64,000 nucleotides of DNA from Halocafeteria seosinensis. Lineage: Eukaryota. Under the pieces are notes generated by a model, which made no database searches, was not told where the DNA came from, and worked only from the letters and a program-made list of their open reading frames with translations. Location: NCBI GenBank assembly GCA_001687465.1, contig LVLI01000190.1, positions 1-64,000 of the forward strand, read 5' to 3'. Each line of letters starts with the position of its first letter. Positions within the stretch are counted from its first letter, which is position 1. Shown here in pieces: positions 49,022 through 62,900 of this stretch. Both the position numbers and the translations under genes were made by a program.

Positions 49022-52000
49022 ATGTCGGCTTATGATCAGCAGGATGCGTTGGCCTCTGCGCGGCGAGCAGTGCGCCGCCGAAGCATCGATACGGGCTCTG
49101 TGGAGGAATACCTTCCGGTATCGGAAAGGATTGAACTCAGACGGTACCGGGAAGGAGAGCGCTCCAGTTTTGCACAGACAGCAGAACGGGAAAGCATCGA
49201 ATACGACCACTCTAATTCTGCTGATGTGACCGGAGGTAGCGACGACGAGGAGGAGGATGGCGAAGGCAGCGTGTACGACGCCAATGAACATAGTGAATCA
49301 GAGGAAGAGGAGGTTGCAAACTCACCGGAAGCGGCGAAGGAGCAAGATAGCAGTCAAGAAATAGCTACAAATACTGAGGGCTCTCAAACCTCGGTAACCG
49401 AAAGATACATAGAAACGGCAGAGGTTGCAGATAGAAACGGGGCCACCAACGTGGCTGAAACGAGTACCGGCGGTGAGCAAGAGGGTGTGGCATCTGTTGG
49501 TGGCGGTTATGTACTGTGCCAAGACGGCACATGGAAAATAGCACCTGGCCCACCACCGCGCCCATCCGCAATGCCAGACAGCCATATAAAAAGCAGAGAC
49601 GGTAGGCTACGAATACCCCCAAGCCCACCGCCTCGACCCCCGCGCGACAGTAACGACCCCGGGACCGAAGATTGCACCATCACGGCTGGAGAGAACACGT
49701 GCCACAGTCGCAGCTCCCCGATGCGTGCCTCTGACGATGGTGATACGCAGAATACTAATGCAATACCGGCGCACCCTGACGTAGATGGGGCCAGGCGAAG
49801 AGGTCGCCGTAGAAGCATATCACAGATTATCGCGAGCTCCGCATCGGAGCAAGGGACCACCGAAACGCGTTCGAGGCGAAACTCTTCAGTCAGCACAGGA
49901 AGCCGAGGTCGTAGGCAGTCCCTTTCTTTGGAAATGATGAATGTTGGGTGGCTGCGATCCGAGGAGGGCCACGGCCAAGATGGGGATGTGTCTTCTCTGC
50001 CAGGAAAAAATGTCGGCCCCACTGCCACCGAAACAGGAAATGTCCATGCCTCCCATGCGACCACTGTAGAGGAAACTCTGTCATCAGCTTACGTGGCTCG
50101 AAGTCTCCAATTTATGAAAGATCAGATGACGACACATGCTAACGTTGGTGTGCGCGTTTCTACGAGCTATATGCAAGTTGTGGAAGGAGGCGCTGTAGAT
50201 TTGTACACCCTCGTTCTAGAGAGCGAGCCTCGCGCCCCTGTGAGGGTAATTGCTAGATGCGGAGAAGGCAAAGACCTCCTAATCACTCCCTCAGAAATAG
50301 TATTTTCTCCAGGTGATTGGTTCATCCCAAGGTCGGTTCGGGTAACCGCACTGGATGACTTGTCGTCGACCGGTGAGTGTCGGGGGATCATTTTACACCA
50401 CTGTAGCTCTACCGATGAGAGATATGGGCCCTCATTGCCGGTTCCTCCAATTAAAGTTACGATGATAGACGCAGGTACGCCTTCAATGGTGAGCTTTACA
50501 CAGCTGTGCTACATAGCTGTCAAATGTTCTCCTGTGTCCCCTTCGCAGACTCTGGATTCCTGCATAGCTTTGGTGACAGAACGTTCGGAAAGCTCGGTCT
50601 GGGCGGCTCCGGTATCAAGCATGGAACCGCTTCTCTTGCCGAAGAGGCATTAGACAGTATGATGAGCTTCTGCAATACGCCGGAACTGACTCATTCAGAG
50701 AATAAAGTGATGCACAAGGCGGTACACGAGGCGATTCAACATGTCGGGAACCCATTTGCTGCGTCCACGGGACAATCGAGGTCTGTGGCAGGGGCGCTCA
50801 AAAGCACGTCAATTTTTACGCCACAAATAGTCACGCTACTACCATTTCCGCGGCTGCTACACAGAGTAAGGAAATAGGCGTCCTCTGGCAGTGCAAACTC
50901 AATTGCCAATCTGGGTGCGTTTTTGCAGGTGCTTCGGACTATCAAAAACAAACTTGGGAAGGGGAAGTATATCGGCGGTACTTCTGAAGAATTATCGAGA
51001 TGGAAGCCAATAGAAGATCCTGTAGGAAGGGAGAATGTAGCTCGTCGACTGATTTGCCATCCGAGATTCATTTGGCACATGAACCCCTGGGTTCGGCTTG
51101 CCGTGTCTTCTGGAAACCTCGACCTCGCTTCGGCCGTTGCACAAGATCAAGAAAGGGCAAGGTTCGAACTGCAGGAACGGCTGTCCTGTCAATATGTGTC
51201 GAGCCTTTCGGAACGTCCAAAAGAGCCTCGATTCGTGACTACTAGCTCCAACCAAATTGATCAGAGCGTAGATGGCCTTGACCGCGGCCTCTTAGAGTTC
51301 CAGCGACAGATGCTCGAGACAAACAGCGCAAAGAAGAATAAAAGTATTACAGATGGTAACCACTTGGCTAGCTGGGAATTTGTGGATACTCGTCTTTGGC
51401 AGGACCAGTGGGATTCATCTTTCTCGACTGAGGACTATTCAGAAGAAAACACAGATAATTGTTCGAAGGCGCAAGAACCGAGCAAAACAGACCTTAAACC
51501 CGTTGACGAATTACCCGAAGAATCTTTTCAACATCTCTTCTTTGTGCGAACGGACGGCAAGACTTCGAAAGATCAAGACCGGCCTGGAGGAAGTCAGTCT
51601 AGAGAGGAGTTGGATGAGCCAGTTCTCGAGGTTACCCCTTCTGACCAGGAACATGTGAAAGGTAGTGATACAAAGAGCGGTACTACTCGAGCCGATATCA
51701 TTGAATATTTCGGGCTGTCGAGGATGAAATACCGCAGACCACCTTTATATGCGGCACCAGTTTACGAACGAAGCATCTCCAGAAGGCATCGCGGGCCAAG
51801 CAAGGATGCTGCAATACCTCGGTTGGTTATACCTCTTGATTCGCCTCACTCTCCTTCAGGATCTGTGGGAGATATTAAGACTTCAGACAATGACGAAGAA
51901 GAGAGTCCCAGTACGCAAGAGTACCCGTTCTCATTTTGGGGACCAGCTAGTCCTACGAGCCCTAGAAGTTTTGGGAGCTTCGGAAGTCCTAGGAAGACTA

Positions 52001-55000
52001 CCGAAGGCTCAGACAGGGATGTCATTTCTCCTCAATCTTCGAGTCAAAGTTTCGAAACGAGCGAGTGCGAGTCGTCGGGCGAGAAGGAAGAAAGAAAAGC
52101 ATCCACAGGTGTTGGAAACAGCTCTGCGACAGCTCAGACAGTTAGCCGTGGTGAAACTATCCGTTCGGTGATTGGCCAATTCATCAACAGAAAACTGACA
52201 GACCAAAGCGCAGCGAGAGATTTTTCTAAAAGTCAGTTGCTGCCTAATTTAAACACAGGAAACGTGGCAGAACTAAGACGGCGTCTTTCTCACATGAGCA
52301 CGTCGCGAATTCGACGAATATTGTCCGAAGCTGAGCAAGAGCTTGAGGGGGGTGGCGTTGAGCATCTGATATTTAAAGAGATTCAGCGTTACGAAAGGAC
52401 TATGCCAAATCCCAAACATACTAGCCATGAACTTAAAGGCAATGGAAGCGAACGAAACGCTTTCCCAGATAAAGACTTGTACAATCCAAATCCGGTACTT
52501 CAAGACTGGGATTTATGGAATTTATCAAGAGTTGACGAGCGTGAGAAGCAACTTCATATTCTTCGACACAGTTACGATCACAACCTGCTGTATACGTTTG
52601 ACCCGATTCTACAAAGCTTGGAAAAAGCCCTGGGTCAAACCGGGGAAGACATTGACGAGACAGCTATCTCTATAGTCATACAAATTAGTTTGCGGAAGCA
52701 ACAGCTTAAGGCTGTCGCCGAGCACAGGAGAGTTCTTCACTCATCTGACGATTCCGATACGCGACAGGACACTAACACACCGACCAGTGATTCTGCAAAG
52801 CGTCCTGGTGACAAAAAGACTGACTGTAATGCTCCCTTTGACCGTGCACTGCGACGAAATCGCGTAGCGGGAGCATTGTTATTTGGAACCATGAACAGAG
52901 AGAACGTCAACAGCAGTGGTGATGCCAAAGTGTCTTCAATTGATCGTTATGCTGCACTCGGTCTCAACCCCAAGGAGATGCTTGCTCAATCTTGGAAGGA
53001 ACGACAGGCCAGTAAACGAGGGCAAAATGAACGTTTATTGCGACTTACGCGCGTGGTGGATGAAGTATATACAGATAACCGTATACTAGAATCTAAGAGA
53101 AGAACGCCGCTCGAGAAGACTCCGTACGATGCAGACTATGATCCTCTAGCTGACGGAAGTCATCGTGTACACCATGGCAGTGACATTGTAGAAGCGGTGG
53201 AAGAGTCCGTCAGTTCTCAATCGATAGAAAATGGGTCCACTGCCCCGTTTCTTCGAGCGGATCAACCATTGAAGAATAAGACGGAGCAGTTGGGGCCACA
53301 AGGAATTCGCCCGTCCAATCGAGCTTACGGTGCGGATCAGGTAGGAGGTGATTTTGGATCTGTTGCGGCAGCGGCTCTCTTCATAAACATCAATATAGCC
53401 AGGAGATTTCGCAGGAGTAAAATTGAACAAAGGAGTGAGCAGCAAGAGCTCGGAGTTCTTAAATCCCACACCACTCCGCGCACAGCTAGCACTGGCGATG
53501 TGCAATACAATTTCCGCAACGCTGCAGACTCTGAAAAGACACACAGAGTATTCCGTAAAGGAAAAACTGTGAGAGAGCAAAAAGCGGAGCAAAAAAAACT
53601 GCGCCAGAAGCTCACTGATATTGTCGAGAAACAGCGAGAGGTCGAACGGGTCAAGCAGGAAGAGGTCGACAAGTTCCATTCAGAGGTAGCTAATGATGCG
53701 AAAGCCAAAGATGAAAATGAATTGTCGGCAACAGAAGGGGATAGTCACTCTGAATCAAACGAGCCAAATGACGGAGAGGAAACGCAAAATTTCCATCGTA
53801 TCTCGCAAGCAGCTGCCATGGCCGAGACGGTTACAAGGATTGCCCACATTGCTGTGGGTCAAAATCATACGCTTGGTAAGTTCTGTGTCCCCGCCGTTGT
53901 GCCACTCGTATCAGAGGCAGCTACCGATTCTTCTGCAGCTATTGTCTCTGGAGGTACGTTGCTAGCATGGGGGAAAGGACTCCATGGACAATTAGGCCGC
54001 AGGGATAACGCTGACGCGCGCGTTCCCTCCCTCGTTCGGTCCGTTGTCCATGCTCCGCTAGTGAAGGTAGCTGGAGGTAAGCAATGTTAAATGAGATGGC
54101 TTTCGCCACAGTGCTGGATATGGATACTCGTTATACAGGGGCGAACCACTCGGCGGCTGTATCTGTGGAAGGAGATTGTTTCACCTGGGGCAGATCCAAG
54201 GAAGGACAAACAGGACATGGTACCTCAGCTTATGGAGATGATGACGAGTACGACGAAGACACGGAAATCCCCGATGACGTGAACAGGTTCGGAGGGTTGG
54301 TAAAACTGTATGAGAAGAACACATGGAAAGGGGAAGAGCAGCCATTGGACTTTAAGAAGAATAGAAGGCATGCGCAGTTTTACGATAAGGAAGACGTCCC
54401 CGTCCCAAGAGTTGTCTCGTATCTTGGAAACTGTGGAAGGGTCGTGGATGTAGCATGTGGGGCTGACCATACTCTGTTTTTGCTAGTTAGTGGTGCCGTT
54501 TACTCATGTGGCTCCAATGTTGCTGGACAGTTGGGCCTTGGAGACAAAGCGCCTAAATATGTCTACCATCCCATGAGGGTATCTCTTCCTGAGTCGGCTT
54601 ACCACATAGATGCGGGAACATTTCACAGTACTTGCGTTGTCGGTTCAGGGGATTTGTATACTTTTGGGCTAAACTCGTACGTTTATATGCGGGCCTTATG
54701 AATCATGTATAAACGATTGCTTTTATTTGTTGCTTTTGCAGAAGAGGCCAACTCGGCTTAGGGAATACTGTCAATAGAGCTTCTCCAGCGTTAGTGGAGA
54801 GCATTAGCATTTCTCGTTTTCTTGCTGAAACAATGCGAGGGACACGTACTTTGGACCAACTATCCCAGTCTAGGTGCTGTCGTATACGCAAGGCCAGTTG
54901 TGGCGGATCCCACACGGCAGCACTTACAGAAGACAAGAAAGTTTTGATATGGGGATCAAATGAGTACGTGCTGTGTCGCTGTGATCAACCGCCATTGTTT

Positions 55001-56246
55001 TATCCAGACCTCTCTCTTCTCTCGTCGCAGGCATGGACAACTGGGCCTTGGGAATACGAAGGACGTACATCTCCCGGAAGTGGTGTGGCCTCTGGAAAAT
55101 TCGCAAGCGATTGCGGATGTTGAACTCGGAACAAACCATTCCGTTTTCATCTCTGTAAGTGGCCTTGCTGTCTCTGCGTCATGTCTACCTAGCCATAGTC
55201 AGTATATATCGTATGATATTCAGGAACTGGGAGCACTGTACGTTTGTGGAAACGGAGAATTCGGATCGCTCGGGTTTCCCGTCCACCGAATTGCAAAAAC
55301 GAACAAAAAGTTATGTCGTATCTTCAGGAAGCAGGAGCGGAGCCAATTCGAGGAAAGACCAACCACGGCATCTTCATCCGCAAGACGAGCCATGCCCTTG
55401 GCACGAGGTGTTCGTGAAGAGAAGGAGATGCAAAAGTACTCTATTTTCACAGTTCCTGTGCTTCTAGACTCTTTTGTGGGCATGCACGTACTTTCTGTAG
55501 CTTGTGGTAGCAGTCATACTGTTGTGTTAACTGACTCTGTGCGATCTCCAACGGGGAAGCCATGGAAAATCGAGAAGTCGAAACATCTCCTTGACTATAC
55601 CCCACCGGCTAAGTATCGACAGAAAATAATTGATCACTTCTTGTACGATGACATCGAAAATGGCATGTTTGGGCAGGAGATGCGTAGCAGATCAAGCAGG
55701 CCAGCCTCCTCGAGGAGCGAAGTCGTGCCTGGTGATGAACGAAGGAGCGAAGATGGTAAACCAAAGAAGAAAAGGAGAAAGAAAAAACTGAAAAGAATGA
55801 AGAAGCGGAAACGACAGGTTGGAGGGGATGTACGTGATGGTGAAGGGCGTGGACAGCAACCTCGAGTTTGTCATAGTAACGAAGCAGGCATCCTACCATC
55901 GTTTGGCTTTGTTCGAGAAGGCGAGGAGATAAATGAAACTAATGCCTCACCTGCTTACTCCGGAATCGGATCACCTCACCAAGGCCAATACCGGAGTGAG
56001 TACAGCATTGCAACCGCTACTGATGACACGGATCCAAGATCCACTTCCGCTGTTCGTGTGTTCCGCTCCAACGGCGATTTTACGGCGGAGAAAAACAGAA
56101 ATGAAGAAAGTACCCGTCCGGCCACAGCTTCGCGAGTTGCTCGTAATAAACCTGTGCGTCCTCCAAGGAGGCCTAAGACTGCAGGATACAATCGACGTCA
56201 GCGCCATTTGCAGGCCGTCAGACAAGCCTACCAGAATGCGATGTGA
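49022..56246 (+). CDS. Very large RCC1-repeat protein with a disordered N-terminus and a Calx-beta/Ig-like module, multi-exon
   Basis: VVEGG..YTLVLESEP..IVFSPGDW..VRVTALDD; SFGDRTFGKLGLG; WGKGLHGQLG; ACGADHT; GSNVAGQLGLG; CGGSHT; GNGEFGSLG; ACGSSHT. GT-AG introns join the ORFs. Confidence 0.85.
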
Positions 56247-56863
56247 TGCAAGCTATCCGGATATCGATAATCGCTAAGCGAACGTGCCATCCTGACTATC
56301 CACGGACGTTCTGCATGCTTGAACGCTTTCGGGAAGGATTCACCCTCGCCGTCTACCGCACCATGTAGCTCATCATGAAGACGTACCGTCCATAACTAGC
56401 TATTTTTTGTCATAAACGTCTCCTTACACCGTCATTCATTGGCGTCGTGTTCAGGTACTATTCCCGCTCCTCAGAACTCTTACATTTTGGATGTAGTAAC
56501 AGTGAAATTTATCCAGTAATGGCCCTCCGAAAGATGTAGTCAAACGTTGTACTTCTCACTCGTTTCCATTCTAGCGGGATTGGAGAAAATTCTCATCATT
56601 AAAGTTTGTATGAGGAGAAAAACAGAAAAAAAAAAAGAAGTTGCTTAAAACTGAATACACTCAATAACTCTGCTTCTCTCCGGATGTTCCGAATGACACA
56701 CCACTTCTTCGCTTGTTTGTCGCAACTTGAGATGGGATGAATTCCAAACTCTGGAGTTCAAACTCTAGTTACTCCAGAGTGTCCGGACCAATTTGAGTTG
56801 ATTTTAGTGAACTTGTACCGTAGATATTGTGGATGAGAAACTCTACATACATACACACAGACG

Positions 56864-58864
56864 ATGCCTCCGAAAACAAAGCAAAAATCGCAGCAGCGAC
56901 ATCCCAATGGGGGTGATAGTACTCAAGAGCAGCGGCGACGACGACAACAGGCTCTGGAAGAGGCTGAGCGTACCACTTTATTACGGAAGCCCCTGAAGAC
57001 TTTAAGGCTGTTTGCCAAGTGCGTGTGGAGTGGAACGACAAGTACTCTGCTATGGGCCCTTCAGCACCTCGGACTGGTCTTAGCAAGCCTCATGGCGGCG
57101 CTCAGTGCATACTTCCTGTTGCGCTTCCCTCCCCCGTCCATGGAGCTCTTAGCTGACCAGATTAAGCATGTACGGCAGCGCCTTTGCTTCCGAATTTGTG
57201 TGTCTAGCGGCGCACTCATTTGCATTGTATTCTACCGTGCAGAAGGGGGGAGATGTCATCTATTGGACACTGTTGGGCATACTGTCCTCTGTGGGACTAG
57301 GTAAGCCCCCGAGTCAACCTCAGGAATCCGCCAGAGACTGGGAATAATTAGTCTATGCTGTTACAGGTTCCGGACTTCATACGTTCTTATTGAGGCTGGG
57401 ACCGCATATTATCATGGTAGCTAATGCAGCAGTGATGTGCCGATCCATCAAGTTCTCGGCGAAGATATCTGACTACCTCACAAACGAATACGAAGATGAT
57501 GCATTCGATTGCCCAGAGGACCTTAGGTGCGTGGGAATTCTTGGATATTAATGTGGGGATATGAGCTTATTATATGGGTGACAATATCTCCACGTTCTAC
57601 ACAGCGCTGGTGCGGCGGGTGAAGATGTGTCGATCTGGCAAATTCTGCGAAAAGTGGCATTCCCTTGTTTCTATTGGGGCTTAGGCACTGCTTTGGGAGA
57701 ATTGCCACCATATTTTGTTGCTCGCGCAGCCCAACGGGTACGTAAAGACAGCTTTGTAATGCGCAATCGAATCAAGACGGAATACATTGCTGACTGGGTG
57801 ACGGACTGGTTCGCAGAGTGGTAGGAAGCTAGAAGAACTCGCTGAAATAGAGACTCTAGAATCTAGCGACGTTCAACACAATTTTCAGGCTGTCGGCAAC
57901 GGTACACAAAAGGCAGTACAACAAATTAAGGGAAAGCATCATCGCAATCACCACGCTGCTAATATTTCAGCCTTCGATCGGTAAGTGGTCTGCAGAATTC
58001 TGGACTCAAGGCTGTCACAACTAAAACTCTTTCCTTCGCAGAGCGAAAATGATGGTCTATGATAGTATACAGTATTATGGGTTTTGGGCTGTTCTCCTTG
58101 CGGCGTCTATACCTAATCCGCTCTTCGACCTTGCTGGATTAACTTGCGGAACTTTTGGTATTCCCTTCTGGACTTTTTTTGGGGCTACTGTGATTGGCAA
58201 GGCTTGTATCAAAGTGATGATTCAAGCTGTTTTCTATGCCACTGTATTCAATCCGGCTACCCTCGAAGCTCTTAAAGAAAACATCCGTACACTTGCTACA
58301 AAAGTTGTTCATTTGCTAAATGACTTCCAGTCGACATTTGTAGCCAGCCAGTACAAGACATGTTGGGCATCTCACCAAAAGAATAGCATTCTAAGAGGCG
58401 AGGCTGCGTTGAGAGCTATTCAGAACAGCAGTGCAGTGCAGCTAGAAGCGGATAGGAAACATGGCACTTTAGCAATACCCGTGGAAGATTTAAGGCGTTG
58501 TCATGAATGCTGCGAGAAGACGTTTCGAACGGGAGTAGAAGCATGCAAGGAGGGATGCGACGATTTCTTGCACAGCTCGAGCTGGCTCAATCTGGCCTGG
58601 CAAGCATTTATTTTTGCGATGATTGTGTGGTTTTTCATGAGCCTGATTGATAACACGGTTCACGACCACTTAGCATCGAAAGCAGTAGAAGGCGTAGGAG
58701 ACGATGACGATGAGACCACCTCTTCCTCCTCTGAAGCTGAAGTCGAATATGGCGCAGAGGTGTCTTCTACGGTATCAACCCCTCGAGGACGCTCTACTGT
58801 TCGCCAAGAGTCAAGTGCCAGCTCATCCAGATCGAGGAGCGTCCGAAAGAGAAAAAATAAATAG
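56864..58864 (+). CDS. VMP1: Vacuole membrane protein 1 (VMP1/TMEM49), multi-exon
   Basis: [74 protein letters not shown]. Confidence 0.95.
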
Positions 58865-58894
58865 GATGCGAAGAGAGAAAAGTGTATGATCGAC

Positions 58895-59850
58895 CTAGTC
58901 ATTATAACAAGCTATGATGACGCCGATGGTTTCCAGAAACTCCTTAATTGCTTCCGTTCCTTCTGCGGCTGCTAAGCACTCGCTTATAGATAGATCATTT
59001 TTTGCAGCATCGGCTGCATTTTCTGTGTTCGCTTTCTCTTTAACCTCCTTCTTGAGGAGGTCTAAAGCAGCTGTGAGAACGGCCAACACCTTGCCATTGG
59101 ACCCCATCACTGTGTTCTTGAGGCAACTTTTCTCCTTAGCAGAGAGCATGTTCCGCTCTTCCAAGGCTGAGAACAATTCCAAAGCTTCCTGATAGTATCA
59201 ATATAGCGCATATAGAGAAAAATGAACAGTTATTAGCTATGTAAGATGAAATCACATTGCACGTACTGAAATTGCGTCAGAGTTCTCCGAACTTGTGGTA
59301 CTGTTCTCCATCGTTTCTTTGTCCTTTCTTCTTCTAGCTCTGAGAATGGATTACACGGTCAAATGGATATCTATGATTTCGAGGAACACCGGATAAACAA
59401 GCGTTGTGCACATGGTATGAAGGAAAAAAGAATTACACACCTTACTTCGCCTTCTGCGCGCACTAATTCCACTAGCGAGATTATACTTGGATGATCTCTA
59501 TCTAAAGGGTGAACAGCTTCCTAACATATATTTGCTGTGTCCTAATTCATTAATACTTTTCAACGACTGTATCTGCTGAAAGTTGTCCATTGATGCGTTT
59601 CGATGTGTGATCCGTTGCCTCTCATCATCACAGGGAGAATTCGTTGAAGCACATACGGACGATACATACATCATGACACACTCGTTATACAAGTGCTCTA
59701 GATTTTGTGATGTAATAAGAAGTCGCATGAGTTTTGTGGCCCTCATTACAGGGAAGACTAATTTGTAGCCCGTATTATTTGGCCCGATAAAGGCTCCTAA
59801 ACAAGGCCAAGTTCATTGTAGACGTTAGAGCATTTGCTTTACCCATTCCT
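58895..59850 (-). CDS. Small hypothetical multi-exon protein; start not resolved
   Basis: Short ORFs 59498-59746 and 58895-59182 are separated by GT-AG intron-like segments. No motif recognised. Confidence 0.45.
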
Positions 59851-59930
59851 TAGGTATACTCCCGTCTTGTTTACATGTCCAATGTATCTGTCCAAGATAG
59901 CTACCTAAGCGGAAGGAGGGAGGAATAACA

Positions 59931-62900
59931 ATGGACGAGAGGAGACTTCCTTCTTTGGTCTCGCCTTCCTACGGGAAGGCAGAAGACGAAGCAACTGATA
60001 TCAAACTAATAGAGAGCATCGACAATGCAGAACTATACGGTATGGATAGATGCCTTTGAATTACAGGCCCTGGTTTTGTACGGTTATCACTCTTGCATCT
60101 AGTTCCCTCTGCAGAGTATCTAACGGCAACGAATGAGGCGACCTTAGAGGCAACTGGCCTAGAGGTCGATGAAGGGGATGACACTTTCAGCCTTGCTTCA
60201 GAGACAACCAAATCATCCACAGTATCGGAGCTTAAGCGAAAAGCGAGTGCAAAGCTACAAGAAAGCAGGCCGAAGTCCGGAAGTAAGTCGGATCGTATAT
60301 CCCATGTAGCATTCGTATGTGAACGTAAACGTTGCCCGTCCACCAGGTTTCAAGCGAAGAAAATCTCTAATGGAGCAACGAAGCATTGAAGAGATAGCGA
60401 AACGGAAAGTAGAGCTAATGAAGGCGCGAATACCCAGTGAAAAGCAATGGCCCTTTAGGTATCTCACAAGCAAAGACTTACAGGAACAGAATATGCCACG
60501 AACCAAGTCGGTAAACTCTCCTTTGCTCAACTATCCGAGAACGGAGTCCAAACGGAGGTCCGAGAGGGTTGAGAGCCGAGAAAAAGTGAGGAAGCTTTTG
60601 AGTCGGTTTTCAACGGAAGGGAGTTCCAAACTAGAGGAGGCTACTCCCCTCTCTTTTCAGACTGTGCATCGAGGGGCGAAACTAGCGTCGTTTGCAAATT
60701 CTGGGGACCAACACAGTGATAGTTTAACAATACCGGCCGTTGCGACAGCACCGGAGTTTTCCTTTACAATAGGCGTAAATCCTAAAGACGACAACGACAA
60801 CTCACAGGGTGGCCAGGCAGTGGCTAAGACGTCAATAGAAGACTCCTACCTCGGAGCAGGATTGAGGGGCGATAGGAAGGGTAGAATTCCGCAAGCGCAC
60901 CAGTACCGCTTACGAAATCTTCAACTCCAAGTGTACAATGCGGCCGACTATCGGTTGCCGGGAACTAGATGGGATCGGAAAAAGTTCAAAACACATGGAT
61001 CTACGGATCAACTGGATAGCAAGAAGTCTTCAAACTATAGGTTGACACCTACTCCAAGTCGCCAATCCCCAACAACCATAGACTCCCCTGCTTCATGTAA
61101 CGCCGATACCCTCTCCGACCGACCAGAGACAGACACAGTTGGGCTTCGGTCATCTTCTCCGGGAAGGGCTCCGTCCGCTCTTTCTAATCGAGGATCAGTG
61201 ATCACCGCATCTACAGTAAAGAGGTCCCGTCTTGCTGAAGAGAAAGAATCTGTCCGTGCAGGTGTAGGACCCCCTCCAGCTGTTGGGAACCAGTACGCTC
61301 TAAAGAACTACCGCTTAGCTTCTCTTGCTCCTGAAATGGCGATTCCTGTGGAATATGAAAACGCGCCGTACTATCCGTTGCTGTTATTCTCCCGATGGCT
61401 GGAGTCTGTACCCGTGTTTCATAACCCCTGTTTCTCTGTAACGGTGACGTTTCGGAATAGGCTCGACGGCGAGCCCAAAGCACCCAGTGTTTCAGCAGAT
61501 TCTCACCTAATAATGAATTCCTTAGCCATACAGAGGCTTCTCTGGGGTGCCGCCTCGTTGCCCGCGGAACCTCATTCTGAGCTCCCGGTGACGCCTTCCA
61601 CCGGCTTGGCTGTACACAAAGTGAATGTGCCCTTGGAACTGTATAGATTTAATGAGGATGCCTACCTGGAGACCGATGAAGAGGTGTTACTGGAAGAAAG
61701 CAGGGCAACATCGTCGTTTGATGAATCATGGGACTTGGCTGAAATTCGTAATCGCGCAGGATGCTCTTGGGTGTATTCTCTGTGTCCGGATGGGACGGAC
61801 AGACCGTGGGGGAACTTGCATCTCTTGAGCAATTCCTCGAGAAAAGTTAACACACTTAGCCGCAAAGAACTGCCAAAACATAAGGCAATCAACGAAATCG
61901 TCGTCCCCTCTGCCAATTCGATAATTGGTTGGCCACTGACAGAAGTAGATTTTAGACCGTGGAAACTCTCACCCGCCCTCTTTCGAGAATTAGATGAGTT
62001 TTGGCAAACAGTTGAAGTCATACGATTCAGCCAACTTCAAGGTTCTTCAGTAACGGAAGTCATACTCGGCCAAATATCTCAGCATTGTCATTGCCTGCGA
62101 CATTTGTCTATCCCTAAGGCTTCTGGGTTAAATAGTGCTACAGCAAATAAGTTGCTCCAAGGACCTGGTTTCGTCAATTTGATTACCTTGGACTTAAGCT
62201 TCTCGGACAATGTCGTCGATAGCGTAGTGTCGTCCGTAGCAAGGAGTTGCAACTATCTACGATCTCTAGATCTGCGCGGTTGTGCTTTCGTGGACGGAAA
62301 GTGCTTTACAGACGTAGCCACTTTCTGTCCAAGCTTGTCAACACTCGATATATCCTGGTGCCCACATGTATCATACCGAGACTTACTCAGACTATTAGCT
62401 TCCTGCCCTTTGCAGCGTCTTGCATGTAGAGGTGTGGGAAGAGGACTTTATGGGAGTTCAGACGCATCGGACTACTTCGAAACGGTGAAGTCTGATGTGC
62501 AAGAACACTTACAAGACGCATCAGTTCCTCAGCCTGAGAACCATCCGAGAGGAATTACATCCAGAATAACGAATGCACAGACCAGCAGAACAAGCAGGAC
62601 AGCAAAAACTGGCTACACCACATCCTCCTTCGATACAGCAAAGGCTTCGTTCTCCCAGAAATGCACAACAGCGTATCGAGAGGCGTTTGTCGAATGGAGT
62701 GCAGTAGTGCGGCATTCTAAATCGAGATCAGATGTAGCAGAAGACGCACAAACCTTAAAGGACACTGTCTCGAGTATGAGAAATTCGTTGCTTCAGGGCG
62801 AGTTCCCTGAAGACGCATATCGTCTTGAAGAACAAGGATACTACGTAAGGATATCTGTCCCAGTGGGAGAGGGACTGGGCAATGGAGAGTGGCTGAAGCA

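Noticed and set aside
56748..56780. CTCTGGAGT/ACTCCAGAG inverted repeat with a B-box-like GAGTTCAAACTC
   Set aside because: No cloverleaf or A-box; a single short stem is expected by chance.
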